Shown here one piece after another: positions 10,928 to 31,700 of a stretch of 37,095 nt of DNA (the first letter of the stretch is position 1; every line of letters starts with the position of its first letter). A program made the position numbers and the translations under genes. Source of the DNA: Perkinsus olseni (taxonomy: Eukaryota); the NCBI GenBank assembly GCA_013115125.1, contig JABANN010000049.1, forward strand, positions 62,001 to 99,095, in the 5' to 3' direction. The notes beneath the pieces were generated by a model. The model was not told the DNA's origin. It ran no database searches and saw only the letters and a program-made list of their open reading frames with translations.

Positions 10928-13900
10928 ATGGCCACACCTGTTCGACCATCGCCGCCGTCAAGAGATGACGTTTTGAAGGAGCTATCGTCGAGCTTGTCGG
11001 AACACGGGACCTCCGCTGCCGACTTCGACCCGGTGGAGTGGCTGATGAAGGAGCTAAGGAAGGCAGCGAAGGAGGGCACTAGCATTGATGCAGCTCTGCC
11101 GAGATTGAGTATGCCCGGGGAGTAAGTAGATGTGGCTTTCAGGATAAGACCAATCACCAACGCTCATCGCTCCTGCTCGTGTCGTCGCTGGCTTCTGCCG
11201 TTGTGAGGTTACCCACTCGCCCTGGATCAGATTCTAACCTCAATGCCTTGGCCCAGGAGACATCGGCCATGGTGGACAGTCAGAGCTCCCAGCTGATGTC
11301 GTCGATGCCGACTGTGGTGCATGACTTGGAGTGCATGAAGAGGGATGTGGCGACGGGTGAGGAGAAGCTAACGAGGCTCCTAGGGGAGCTGGGAAGCAAG
11401 GATAAGGAGGAGCAGCGACAGACGCAGCTGTTCATCGCAAAAGTCGACAGCGGGAAGGAGAAACTACAGGCTGCTCGGACGGCACTCGGGGAGGCCAATA
11501 ATTGGGACAAGAGGGTGATAATGCGGATGCGGTTTGTGTGTCATGGACTTGCCTCGACCTTAGATACAGGAGCTAGACAGTCTTCTGCACAGTGGTGAGT
11601 TTACTGAGTTCAAGGGGAAGATGAGCGAGGTTAAAGAGGCCCTCAATGGGGGGTTGAAGATGCTACCCGACTATGATGACCGGTGGCAGCAGATTGAAGC
11701 GATGGAGATGAGCCTTCATAGGGAGGTCCGCAGGTAATAGCAACCGTGTCAGTGGTAGCTGCAGTGATGGTGATGGGGTGTTTCATAGGAAAGTGGGCTC
11801 GGCCATTGATAGATGTAATCCTAAGCAGCTGAGGGTGTGCTATGATGTAATAGTATGGGCGTTCACGGAGAGATGGTATGGGTTTACGGCAGGCCTATCA
11901 AGACAATAGTGGTGATAACAGCGGGTTGGAGGAGTTTGATGATGCTGTTTGTACTGCTATGAATACTGTCATACAGAGGAAGTGGACTGCTAGTGTAGGA
12001 TGGGGTATAGCGAAGCTGGTCGGTACTTCGCCGTATTGCAGTTACAGTCCTCGTCGTCATCGTCATCGGCAACAACGAGTAGTGAGGGGGAGGGAGTAGA
12101 TGAGGTGTTGTCGGAGAGCGAGGAGGAAGGAGGGGTCCGAGATAACGACGGAGTGTAGGCCAAGGGGATAGTAACCATTAGGGGGGTTATTTGGTGTGTA
12201 TCAGTATCGGCTTCTTCCATGCCCTGGCGGAAGCCCTACAGGAACGCCTCGAGACACTGGCGGCTGTTACAGCGGACGGCGATGGTCTACTGATGAGGAA
12301 ATGCATCTACTCGGCTATGAAGGAGGTGAGATTTTCTGAGCATCATCCTTTTTGGCATTGACGAGCATCGACCTAAGATTCGCCTGATTGGTGCCGTATC
12401 AGTTGTTCGGGCCGTGGGCTCCGAGCTGCAAGTCTCTACCGGACCATCCGAAACAATTCTTGTATTCGCTGATGCGAGGCTTCAACCATCTCGAGAGGAA
12501 GATGCACTTTGAAGACGATGAGTGAGAGGAGCTCGGAATTTCGTGGCGCGTGACGCTAATCCTCCTGTTGTAGGTGGTCACAGATATGCGAGCAGAAGTT
12601 GATCGATGGAAAGCTCTTGGAGAGCCTTGTCCCGGGACTGTTCCTGCCGAGCGAAGCGGAGGCCGGTGGTGGGCTTGGCAATCCGCTGAGTAGCGAAGAG
12701 GAGATTGAGGAAGAGGAAGAGCAAAGGAGAAGCAGATTGAGCCTGGCTGATGGGCTCATCTCCCTCGAGACCAGAGTCATGAAGTAAGCTTCTTGTCATC
12801 ACTGAGTACATGACTTGCCAATGCTGTTGGTAGGTATCAGACAGCCATAGTAAGGTCTGGGGCTGCAGAGATGGATGCCTCCCTGCCTGCAGCGGCATTG
12901 GCACCGCTGTGGATGGGGGAAGTCCACAAACTGTACGTGCTGGCTGCTGCTGCTCCTCCTCCGGCCCTATCCTCCTCGGTGCAGGTACGACTCGTATTGG
13001 TATACTACGGTGAATCGGTCCATCTCGAGCATGGTCTCGAGGGTGTTCAAGGCCTACAGTGCGCAGGGTGACTATAACGCTGACTTCTCTTCACTCTTGG
13101 CCAACTGCCGGTAATCGTAGCGAGCGAAAGAGACTAGGCAAATGATGTTGTGGGCAGGTCGATTCATCAGAGCGTGGGTTCTCTTCGTGTGGGGGCGGAG
13201 GAGTTCAGTAGTCAGCTGGTGACCATCGCGAGGAAGGCGAGCGAGAAGGCTAGAGAGAGTGAGAATGAGGATGCCTCTATTGTGGCCATACTAGCATGTA
13301 TTGGTCCATTGAGGGACGACGAGGATGACCGTCAAGTAGCTTCTGTGGATGAGGTAGTTCACCCTTAATCACCCTACAGTCTGATCTGTGCGATGCGCAG
13401 GTCTGTCAGCGGGTGGATAGGCTGATCATTGAGGGCCTTTGTTCGCCCATTACCAAGAGGATCCTCAAGGGCTACGGTAGCACCTGTTGTCTCCTAGCAA
13501 CGCTGAGTACCAATTCGACTGTACAGGTACACAGTCTGTGTGGTCGGGGAAGGGCGTTCGAGGCGCTCAAGGGGGAGTGGCTGCTGTTGCTGCTTCCATC
13601 ATGCCTTCTACTGCCGTCACGTCCCTGTCTGAGTACCTCTTCCTCTTCGTCCCGTATCTCAGTAAAGAGTCGAGTAATGGGTCGGCTGATAATGGGGATG
13701 ATGTAAGCAGGGGTCGATGAGAATCGACGTCGGCCGTGAGTAGAGGGTTGCCAGTCGAGGGTGTCAGGTCCTTCGATCGCAATGGGTCCCGGCAGTATTC
13801 CAAAGGGCAGCCCAAACCATCATCACCGAGATTGACGGTATCACCACCATCACTCCTCCTGGTCTCAAACAGCTGAACACTGACCTGAGGTAATCGGCTA

Positions 13901-14274
13901 CGTCGTTGGGCTCATCATCTCTAATGGTCCCTCTTCCTTCACTGAGTGACCAGCAGCAGTTGGATAATAGTCGTGTGGCTCGGCAGTTACTCCCTCAAGA
14001 TTATACTCTCACTTTGGAACGGATGTCGGCCAGAGGAGGAGTTACCGGAGGCAGACAGCATGAAAAAGTGGATACATGCTACCGAGGTAACCTTCAAGAT
14101 TCCCTCCCAGCTTCAAGCAAAGATACACCTAAGATACTGATGGATACGTCGTCCTCATCGGCGGCAGTGGAGCAGGCTAAGGATGATCCGATTGTTATGA
14201 AACTGTCGAAGGCCGTGGAGGCAGCCCAGGCCGCTCAGCCCAGCGGAGCAACTAAGAGTGCGAGATCGTCGTAG
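10928..14274 (+). CDS. COG7: Conserved oligomeric Golgi complex subunit 7-like (multi-exon)
   Basis: N-terminus matches the COG7 pattern (DFDPVEWL...MPTVVHDLECMK...KEKLQAARTALGEANNW...LPDYDD), with C-terminal TSLSEYLFLFVPYL and GLKQLNTDLSY. Alternative in-frame ATG at 10889. The middle exons are divergent. Confidence 0.75.
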
Positions 14275-14312
14275 ATTTTCATCACCTTTCCTGATTCCCG
14301 CCTTGTTGTGTT

Positions 14313-14333
14313 CTGCTGCTGCTGCTGCTGCTG
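14313..14333. repeat. (CTG)7 microsatellite, intergenic
   Basis: Seven perfect CTG units between the COG7 stop and the CCDC12 start. Confidence 0.85.
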
Positions 14334-14388
14334 GTCGTACTGCTGTAGGGACGCTGCTGTTTTTGTGATGTAGTGTAGAGGGATTATC

Positions 14389-15120
14389 ATGAGGTTCCAA
14401 TCCTACACTCCCTTGGCTGAGTCATTGAAGGACCTGAAGAAGGAGCCAGTGTCGGCTGAGCCGATCGAGGAGGAGCTCAATGCTGAGCTGGATCAGGTCA
14501 TGGACTATGCGCAGATCGAGGTGGGGGGAGATGGTCTTCTGAGGGTAGGAAGGGGAATGTACTGCTTCTTCAGGAGAATCGAGCATCGATCTTGCCACGA
14601 CGTCCGAACTGGGATTTAAGGCGTATGTATGCTGAGCGAACGAGTAGGTCGCAGGTTCGATCCCCGGTAGCGGCAATTTTCCCTGGATAATGATTGGGAC
14701 AAACTGTTGTGTCGTTTACACCATCGGTTTTCGAGGCTACTACCCCTGAGGTGCATATGGTCAGGTCATTTGAGTAAACAGACGGAGCGATGCCTGCTCC
14801 GGTTGATGCAGGAAGAGATTCGAAAGACGGAAGGCTCATCCACTGAAGAAGGTATCCTCAGACGGGTTGAGCTGTTTGATGGTACTGGTGTTGCCAACTT
14901 AGCCACCACTCCTGCTGCTGGTGGCGCTGGTGGTGTGAGTGAATCTCCGGAGGACATGGAGGTCACTGAGGAGGATAGGGAGTTCAGGTGGGACTTGTTA
15001 GTCCGTCAGGAGTAGGAGTCTGTACGTGCTAGGCACTTGGCTCGGACTTTCCGTGGTAAGCCGGCCGCCACCGCGGAAGGGGAACTAGAGGAAGAGGTCC
15101 GGCCATCATCCAAGACGTAA
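14389..15120 (+). CDS. CWF18: Spliceosome-associated protein CCDC12/Cwf18
   Basis: Spliced product MRFQSYTP...ILPRRPNWDLRRMYAERTSHLSKQTERCLLRLMQEEI matches the Cwf18 hallmarks (F.NY.P; PRKPDWDLKR...L.K.T...I..LI.E). Introns 14521-14573, 14644-14764, ~14988-15032. Confidence 0.85.
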
Positions 15121-15207
15121 AATATTCACACAGCTGTTTCCAATGCCAGTGGGAATCTTTGTTGTTGTGGTCGTATGGGAGGGTGTGTTGGATATTCTTC
15201 GCAGTGA

Positions 15208-17044
<1,837 letters not shown>

Positions 17045-17185
17045 CTGTATAGACGACGTACCACTTCCACCACCATCACACCGTAGTTGGCTCCTACCCG
17101 TGTTTATCCTCATTCCCGAAGGGTGGCCCGCCGCTACTACGGAGACCACGTATTAGTAACCATTAGTGACAACAACAGCAGAGTT

Positions 17186-18092
17186 ATGAGTGTTATCAAC
17201 CCCTGGCTGGAGTGTGTTGGTTGGGCTGGGGGGCAGCTCTCAGAGGCCGTTCTGTTATTAGCCTTGTTTTTGCCACCAATGCCTCTGATTGATGCAGCAC
17301 CACACGAAAGGCTGCTGGAAGTCCGAGAAGTGGACCTTGGAGGGTCGCATGTACTATTGGGATGGCTACTACGGGCCCTCTGCTCGCAAACCTTCAATCC
17401 TGGTCAATTTTGGGTAGGTCCTGTCACCTGGTTTACAATACAGTAATATCTTTCAAGATTCCCAGTGCGGCCTTCGACTCTGGGAGTCAGGCATAGTTCT
17501 GGCCCGGTAGTATCTTCCGGGCTGGATCCGTTGTGTGCAGTACTTCAACAGGTATCTCCTCGCACAGGAGATTCCGTCGGGGCTTGCCGTCCTCGAGCTT
17601 GGCTCAGGCTGTGGCATCGCTGGTATCGTTGTTGCGGCGTTCCTCGCACCCTCGAGCATCTTCCTGACGGATGGTAATGAGCGCACTATAAAGAATCTAG
17701 CCCTCAACGTGGCGGCTTCGGCAAGCTGTGTAACACGAGTGCCTACTGTAGAACGGTTCGTCTGGGGAGTGGATCGCTGCCCGGGCGGGCGAAAGTTTGA
17801 CTTAGTGATCGGAAGCGATCTTTTTTACTCGAAGACCGCAGCACTACAACTGGCAGCAGCCATTGATGAGTGCCTTTGCGAGGGAGGCAAGGCGGTCCTC
17901 GTAGCCCCAGCCAGCCGCTCGGATGAATCCCAGACCAGAGATGATTTTAAACGTACCATGATGGACAGAAGATTCCTCGTGACAGAGAGAACCGTTGAGT
18001 TCCCTACTGGTATCCGGATCGGCAGGGAGAAGCTCAGTCATGATGGCGAATTTGAAGTGCTTGAGTGTCGCAGAGAGGCTGGTGGAATTTGA
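17186..18092 (+). CDS. Seven-beta-strand methyltransferase, Methyltransf_16 / METTL21-23-like family
   Basis: GLRLWESGIVLARY, motif I VLELGSGCGIAG, LTDG, FVWG, DLVIGSDLFY (DXXY). Start codon uncertain (17186 or 17279). Confidence 0.8.
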
Positions 18093-18220
18093 TAAGTTCG
18101 TGCGGGTGTTTACTAAGTATATTACGACGTTTGTCTCCACCTTTCCGGGTGGCGTTCGGTGGAAGATCGAGTACATTACCGATGGCGCTGTAGTACTTGT
18201 TGTTTTTTACTATCGAAAAT

Positions 18221-19373
18221 ATGGCCACCTTCATCGCCGAGCAGCAGTTTGCGAAGCAGCAGCATGCGGGAGATATGGAGTGAGTACAGGGGTCTCCTAG
18301 TAGACCACTCATCTCGTACTGTCCTTCAGTGTCGCCGGCGTGGTTGAACAGAAAGACGATGAGATCGATGACCTTATGCAGTACATGGGGTACTCAGACA
18401 ACGGTCCGGCCAAGGGCATCCAGACAGGTGAGAGTTCACCCTCAGGAGCAGCTTGACTGTTGATAGCAATGACGTCTAGGAACCACCATTATGGCCATGA
18501 AATTTAAGGATGGTGTGGTACTCGGGGCGGACTCCAGGACTAGTACTGGTAATACGGGAGGAGCTGCCACGAGTTGATGGTCGATTGCCTCGATGGTTGT
18601 CAGGTGGTTATGTTGCCAACAGAGTCAGTCGGAAGGTTACTCGCCTTCACGATAGGATCTTCGTGTGCCGTAGTGGATCCGCTGCCGACACTCAGGTGAG
18701 TCCATCTCTCGCGGTAGTAGCACGTTATCCTTTTGTATCAGTTCCTGAGCTCCAAGGTGAAGTACTTCCTCAACGCCCACGCCAATGATCTTCCTTTGGA
18801 TCGCCTCCCTAAGGTCAAGACAGCTGCCAATCTCATGAGGTCAGTAGTAGCAGGACAGGCCTTCAGTCTCCCATCACTGCTATTGTACAGATTACTATCC
18901 TACAACAACAAGCAGTTCCTCACTGCTGGCCTTATCGTGGCTGGCTGGGACCAGACCGAGGGACCTCAGGTCATCATCGTGATCAGTCCTGCCCCTATCA
19001 GGAATCTCGTGTATCTCAGGTATACTCCATCCCTCTCGGCGGTACTATCCTGAAGCAAGACATCGCCACAGGCGGTTCAGGGTAAGATGCAGCTCAATGC
19101 CTCCTCCGGCTGAACCGTCTCCTTTCAGCTCTACCTACATAACTGGTCTGGTTGATCATCTTTATCGCCCGGACATGAGCAGAGAGGAGGCCGAGGTAAG
19201 TCGTGGGGTATAAAGGCGGCTGTTTCGGTGATGGTGTGGTATAGGACTTTGTGGCCAAGGCTGTGGCTCATGCTATGGCGCGTGACGGGTCATCAGGAGG
19301 GGTTATTCGTGTCACCACTGTTATGGAGAAGGATGTGGCTGAGAAGTGCATCTATGCTGACCAAATACCGTGA
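18221..19373 (+). CDS. PSMB6: 20S proteasome subunit beta-1 (PSMB6/Pre3) (multi-exon)
   Basis: Propeptide ending ...IQTG, then [69 protein letters not shown]. Confidence 0.95.
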
Positions 19374-19578
19374 GTCCAGCAGCAGCCGTGTGTTCTCGCG
19401 CGCCACGAAATTATGATTATGTCGAAGGTACACTTTGCAGTAAAGGGAGCCAGCGTATGAGAATACTGAGTGGTAGAACAGCTCTTCAATAAACTGTTTC
19501 AATAAGGACTCACTTGCGTTGTCATTAACACTTGTGCACAAATCCCTCGAGTGAAGGAAGACAATGGTTGTCAATAGT

Positions 19579-21575
19579 TCAATGAAAAGTCTGACACTTG
19601 TTCAGAAAAACTCTCAACGTCGTCGGGTGGCATATCTGAGACAAGATGCTTCCGTTAGGCGCACGAGTGCTGCCGTTGGTGTACATCAACATAGCAGCTC
19701 CGGTCGCCAATAGAGTAGAAGTCCCGATGTAGATCGACATGCAGAGGCATGCTTGCCGTACCTACACCCCGGCCTAGCGTTATGTGCCATTATAGACGCG
19801 GCGATGTTACGTTCAATTTGAGGTCTGAATAGACGATCCAAGTTAGAAGGGTTTGCAGGGATTGTGATAGGAGGAAGTTAGCGGTGAAAAGAGCGGCAAA
19901 ATGGCCCCTTTCCGGAGCGCCGCTGCTCTTCTCCGCACCGCAGGCGATTCCCTCCGTGTTCTCGTTCGACGGTGGGCTGGCGAACCCTGAGCGGATGGTA
20001 TCCTGCAGGGAGATGATTGAGTGTCTCTCCTCTCAACCTACTGCCACAATGGCCGATGAAGGAGGTGTTCATTATAGTGTAGGCACCAAAGTAGAGGATA
20101 AAACCGACGCTGAGACTCGTCAGCGCTGGTCGGCTCATGAGGAGGATGCACACTGATATTATCGCCGCTTCAATTATCATAGACCGATGTGCATGCGATA
20201 CGTGCTGGTCCAATACCCAATTGTTATTAGACAGCATTGCGCTGAGGGCACCTGCGGGGACAAGGGAGAGCTTATGGTGCAGCAGGCGCCACTGCACCTA
20301 CCTAGAAGAAGGCCGCTACTGGCGAGAATACCATTGTAGTCACCAACGTAGTGCTGTTCGACTTTGAGATAGTCGTAGAGGGAGGTCTCGTAGCCCCAGA
20401 CTAGAGAATGCACTGACGTGAGTACGCACCACAACGTGAGCTGAGGATGATGAGAGCCTTGTAAGTGGGAAGGGATGAAGAGTTACCATAAGGAGGAACA
20501 CTGGGCTGGAATATATCCGTTTGACCGATCGAAAAACCTTGGTTAGAGAAGGTGCCTTCGTGTATGACACTTGAGGGAATGAGAAAGCCAGCAGGAAGCC
20601 GGAAGTGATGGACACTAAATGGAGAGATAAAGAGGGGCTTCCCCGTTGCCTTGGTTACCAGCAGATATGTACATGAGGACGGTGAGGTCGCAGTTGAAGA
20701 CGTTTATAAGGACATCCCCGACGTACCCCGCGGAGACCTGACCGTGTAGGAAATCGCAATGACGAGGACAGATGGCTTACGTGGCCACCGAGGGTCGCCA
20801 TCTGCTGGAGGGCTATTATCCTCTGATAGTTCTCCCTTGTGACCAAGTTGAAGATATAACCGCCGAAAATGATGAGCATTGCCGAGCCCATACCTGCAGT
20901 TTCCGTTACAAAGACGACGAGGAGGAGCAAACAGTGCGTACTGTAGCAAATTTCGCTCAGTTGAAAGTGCCAGATCTCTGTGCCGTAGAGCATGCACATT
21001 CGAGTACAAAATCTTCCACCGGCGCCCATAATGATGGCGTACTTATACCTAGATTGGCAGTTGAACGGCGGACCGTCGGTCGTCGTCGTCTTACCCAAGG
21101 AACTCACAAATGTAACCCTGCAGCACGACGAAAACGAACTGCGCGTAACTACGACGAAGATAGGGGAGATTAGGTCCGGTCTGTCTTACGCTGCTATTGG
21201 GAAGATGTAGTGAACAATATCAGCTTGGGAAAAGCCCTTGACTTGACGCAAGTACTGGGCCATGTGCGGCTGACTCGGTTTGAAGGCCAGCAAGAAAGTG
21301 AAGAGACCTTGATGGTAGAGCCTCTCCAGTTTTAAGTACGGTTGGCGCCTTACATACGAGCACGCAGGCCCGGGACGAGTTCAGCGGTTGACTCCGCTCC
21401 TCGGACAGGTCAGTAGCTAGCAATGGCTCAGAGGCTCCCTGAAATGCGAACAGTTCTTGTGCAACTCGCCTGGAGGAGAGAAGGGCTGAGTGTCTCCTGG
21501 CCACGAATCCCCCACTTTTGAAGGCTCTCCGAGAACAGAATACTTTGCCGATGACGTGTGGGGAGGTGACGACAT
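19579..21575 (-). CDS. SLC19-family (reduced folate / thiamine) carrier (multi-exon)
   Basis: TM1 region FLLAFKPSQPHMAQYL...IFPI resembles the SLC19 RPSEPF..PYL...IYPV signature. RYKYAII...MLYGTEIWHFQLSE and YIFNLVTRENYQRI match the SLC19 TM2-5 pattern, followed by YNG. Exact start and stop are hand-assembled. Confidence 0.75.
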
Positions 21576-21694
21576 TGCAAAAACGGCAACTCGCGAGGGG
21601 TCAGCATCTCTTTCTCATGTCCTACTCAAATATCCGATCCAGTGAGGCTGACCGTGGAATAATCGAGCCAACGTAGAGCGTCCTAGTTTACCGC

Positions 21695-21855
21695 GCAGGA
21701 TATCCTGAAGTTGGCCACGCAGGATATCCAGAGGTGGACGGAGCATGATATCTTGAGGTTGATTGCGCAAGATATCTTGAGGTTGTGCAGGCGTTGTACC
21801 CCGAGGCTAGCGTGCGCGGTATCTTGAGGTTACCCGTGCAAGATACGAAAAAGCT
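21695..21855. repeat. Degenerate ~24-nt tandem repeat (7 units) in the divergent SLC19/PNO1 spacer
   Basis: Units start at 21695, 21719, 21743, 21767, 21791 (degenerate), 21814 and 21838 (partial). Consensus GCA(A/G)GATATCTTGAGGTT plus ~6 variable nt. Confidence 0.85.
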
Positions 21856-21890
21856 TAAGATACATTCGATCTTCCTCCGATTAGGCCTGA

Positions 21891-27809
<5,919 letters not shown>

Positions 27810-28745
27810 GTGAACCTTCACTTACATGTATTCATTTGTGTCAATACTTAGAATTTTTCAGTCGCGGACGATGATAGAGGTGCAACAGTGCTGTATATCT
27901 ATCAAGATGAGGGAGTTATGAACTGTCGTTCATTCTAGTGTGCACGCCCAGGTGCTCAATGCCCGTGAAGCTTACCTGAATCGCTTCTAGGGTATGGCAC
28001 TTTTATTATTGGGCATACTTCAGTGTACTGAGGATGACATTTGTTAACGTAAGCTGAACGTGTTGTGTTATTGTTAGTTTCGAATCGGAATATTTCACCC
28101 ACCCTGTGCTAAAGCTGTGTATCTTGGAGCTGCGAGTATCTTCCGCTGAAAGAGGGCTAGTCATTTCGTGAAGACTGTAAGTTGGCACTAGGCATAGTTG
28201 TTTAGACTTGTTTTCTCCCTCGGAAGGAGATCGCTGGCGACTTCAACAGTATGTCCGGGGCCGACGGAGACACTGCCTTCTCTTCTCGGGTTCGCCAACA
28301 CGGAAGGTAGCGTCTGCAGTAGTGTTTGGTTGTGAATCAATTGGGGCCCGTACTCAGTTGATGAAGTGCTCCGTAGCGCGCTGCTGTAGCTGTTCAACGC
28401 GCTCGCCCGCTAATCCAAGGTTGTAAAATGTGCTGATGCGATGGCAGTCTTAGCGAGGTTGTTGCGGACGTGACATTCGTACTACGGCTCAGCGGTGAGG
28501 GTGGTACAGGGGAGGGTTAGGATGAGGTATCACACTCGTCGCCTGTCGGTTCGTTTGGCTCTAGGAGGTCACCTGTCTCCCGTTGTGTCCAAGCTTAGGA
28601 GCTGTGCCGTGAGTGTCTAGGCCTGGGTTAGCGGTTCTTGGGGGGGCTATCGTAGGCAACGCAAAAGCGAGAGAAAGGAAGCAACGAAATGAAGCTTGAC
28701 GTCAAACGCTTGCCCTCTTGTAGTTGGCACTGCATTTCTTAAGCT

Positions 28746-31700
28746 ATGCTGTCGACTATGAATCATAGCCGTTCTGCGGCGATGGCAGCCCGGAGCGCCA
28801 TCAGACCGGCCCAAGGTGCCGTTGCCGCCACTGCTTCCAGGCACTTTGCTGGAAAAACCTCACCAAGTAATTGGGGGCCACGATTGGAATGGGTTCAATG
28901 GTATTCGAATCAGTGTTAGTTGTCCTCGCTCTTCTCTTTGATTCCGTAGTCGTCTTCCGTAGAATGGCTCGCCTCGCGTTATCCTGTTTTCTTTAGGTGG
29001 CGGTCAGTGGCAAGCCGTGGATGGCTGCACTTCTACCTGTCATGTATCGTATGCTATGACGGATACCGCCTTCATTTTCCCCATTACTCCTTCCTCCCCT
29101 GCGGCTGAGCTCGCTGAGCAGTGGTCGGAGCTCGGCGTGAAAAACGCCTTCGGTGATGTCGTGAAGATCACCCAGATGCAGTCCGAGGCTGGTGCCGCCG
29201 GTGCCCTTCACGGTGCTCTGGCCGCTGGTTCTCTGGCTACTACGTATACTGCAAGTCAAGGTCTTCTCCTTATGATCCCTAATATGTATAAGATCGCTGG
29301 CGAGCTTCTCCCCTGCGTTATGCATGTTGCTGCCAGAGCCCTCGCCGGCCAGTCCTTGTCTATTTTCGGTGACCATCAGGATGTCATGGCTGCTCGTCAG
29401 ACTGGTTTCGCTATGATTAACTCGGACACTGTTCAGGAGTCGCACGATATGGCTCTTATTGCTCATTTGGCTACTCTCCGTGCCCGTGTGCCTTTCGTCA
29501 ACTTCTTCGATGGCTTCCGCCTTTCTCACTGTATCGAGAAGATTGACACCATGCCGTACAACGAGATGCGCAAGTTGATTGACATGAAGGCCCTCAATGA
29601 CCATCGCTCTCGTGCCCTCAACCCCAATCGCCCCTTCGTTCGTGGCACTAACCAGAACCCCGATGTATATTTCCAGCAGTTTGAAGCCTCCAACGCATTC
29701 TATGACCGGGTTCCCCAGATTGTGAAGGATGAAATGAATAAGGTTGGCGGTGTTACTGGCCGACACTATGATCTCTTCCAGTGGACCGGTCCCCAGGACG
29801 CCGACAGTGCAGTTGTTATTCTGGGCTCCGGCGCTAGTGTTGTTGAGGAGACTTTGCCTACTCTCAACGCTCAGGGCAAGAAGATTGGTGTACTGAAGCC
29901 ACGTCTCTATCGTCCTTGGTCCTCTGAGGACTTCCTCAATGCCTTGCCCAAGACTGTCAAGCGTATTGCTGTCTTGGATAAGACTAAGGAGCCTGGTTCC
30001 GTTGGTGAGCCTCTCTACTTGGATGTTGTCAGCACCATTCAAGAAGCTGGTCGCAACATCAAGGTTGTCGGTGGCCGTTGGGGTCTCGGACAGAAGGAGT
30101 TCACTCCCCGCTGTGTTGCTGCCGTTGCTGATAACCTGTACGCCCAACACCCCAAGGAGAGATTCACCGTTGGTATCGAGGATGATGTCACTCATCTTTC
30201 GTTGCCTCTCGGCAAGGAGCTCAACGTCTCCCACCAGGACACTGTTCAGTGCTTGATCTTCGGTTACGGTTCTGATGGTACTGTTGGTGCTAACAAGAAC
30301 GCCACTAAGATCATTGGTGATAACACTGACCTCTTCGTCCAGGCATACTTTGCTTACGGTTCGCAGAAGGCCGGTGGCTTGACTATGTCTCATCTACGTT
30401 TCAGTCCTGAGCCTATCAGGTCGTACTATTCCGTTGACCACGCTGACTACGTCGGTTGCCACAACCCCACTTACCTCGAGATGTATCGTATGACCGATCA
30501 TCTCAAGGAGGGTGGTACCTTCTGTTTGAACTCTCCCTTCAGTACTGTTGAGGAGTGGAACAAGCATGTCCCCGCTGGTGTCCGTAAGGCTCTTGCTGAG
30601 AAGAACGCCAAGGTCTTCAACGTCGATGCCTTCAAGGTTGCCGAGGAGTGTGGTATGGGCCGTATGATTAATGTTGTTATGCAGTCTGCCTTCTTCAAGC
30701 TCTCCAAGGTTATGGGCTTCGAGGAGAGTATCCAACTCTACAAGAACACCATCAGGAAGAGTTATGGTCATCGTGGTGAGGCTGTCGTTCAGAAGAACTA
30801 CGAGATGATTGATAAGGCCCTTGATGCTATTACTGAGATAACTGTCCCTGCTGAGTGGAAGAATCTCTCTGACCGCATGCTGAACTATGAGCAGACCTAC
30901 GACAAGGCAATCGGCGTGTTGGCTAAGAACAAGGCCTATCACATGAACGCCGCAGAGTTCACTAAGAACATTCAGGCCCCTATCGCTCTTCTCAAGGGTG
31001 ACGATATTCCCGTGAGCGCTTTCGCCTCTGACGAGTTGGTTGGCGGCAAGGTGCCTCTTGGAACCTCCAAGGTTGAGAAGCGTGGCGTCGCTCTTGAAGT
31101 ACCCGAGGTTGACATGGACAAGTGCACTCAGTGCAATACCTGCGCTATGTCATGCCCTCATGCCGTCATCAGACCCTTCCTCCTTTCCCAGTACGAGGTT
31201 GATAACAAGCCCGCCGCCTTTGATGCCAGGCCTGCTAAGGGTGGTGCTGAGGTTGCCGGTCTCCACTACAGGATCCAGGTCTCTCCTTATGACTGCACTG
31301 GTTGTGAGGTCTGTGTCAACGCATGCCCCGATAATGCTCTCTCTATGAAGCATTTGTCTGAGGTCAGTGAGACTTCTGGCAAGAACTGGGAGTACGCTAT
31401 GGGCCTTCCTGATCGCTCTTCGAGGTTTGATACTACCTCCCTCAAGGGCAGTCAGTTCCATCAGCCTCTTCTCGAGTTCCACGGTGCTTGTGCTGGTTGC
31501 GGTGAAACCCCCTATGTTCGTCTTCTTACCCAGATGTTCGGCGATCGCATGATGATCGCTAACGCTACTGGTTGCTCCAGTATCTGGGGTGCTCCTTACG
31601 GTTCCACTCCTTACACCACTACTCGTGATGGACGCGGTCCCGCTTGGGCTAACAGTCTGTTCGAAGACGCTGCTGAGTTTGGTATGGGTATGGCTGTCAC

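Noticed and set aside
14593-14675. Apparent Leu/Ser-like tRNA gene
   Set aside because: Acceptor and T stems have multiple mismatches, there is no anticodon arm, and the 5' half is the conserved PRRPNWDLRR exon of Cwf18. Kept only as a T-arm-like fragment.
21695-21855. CRISPR-like array
   Set aside because: Linkers are only ~6 nt, the repeats are degenerate, there are no cas genes and the context is eukaryotic.
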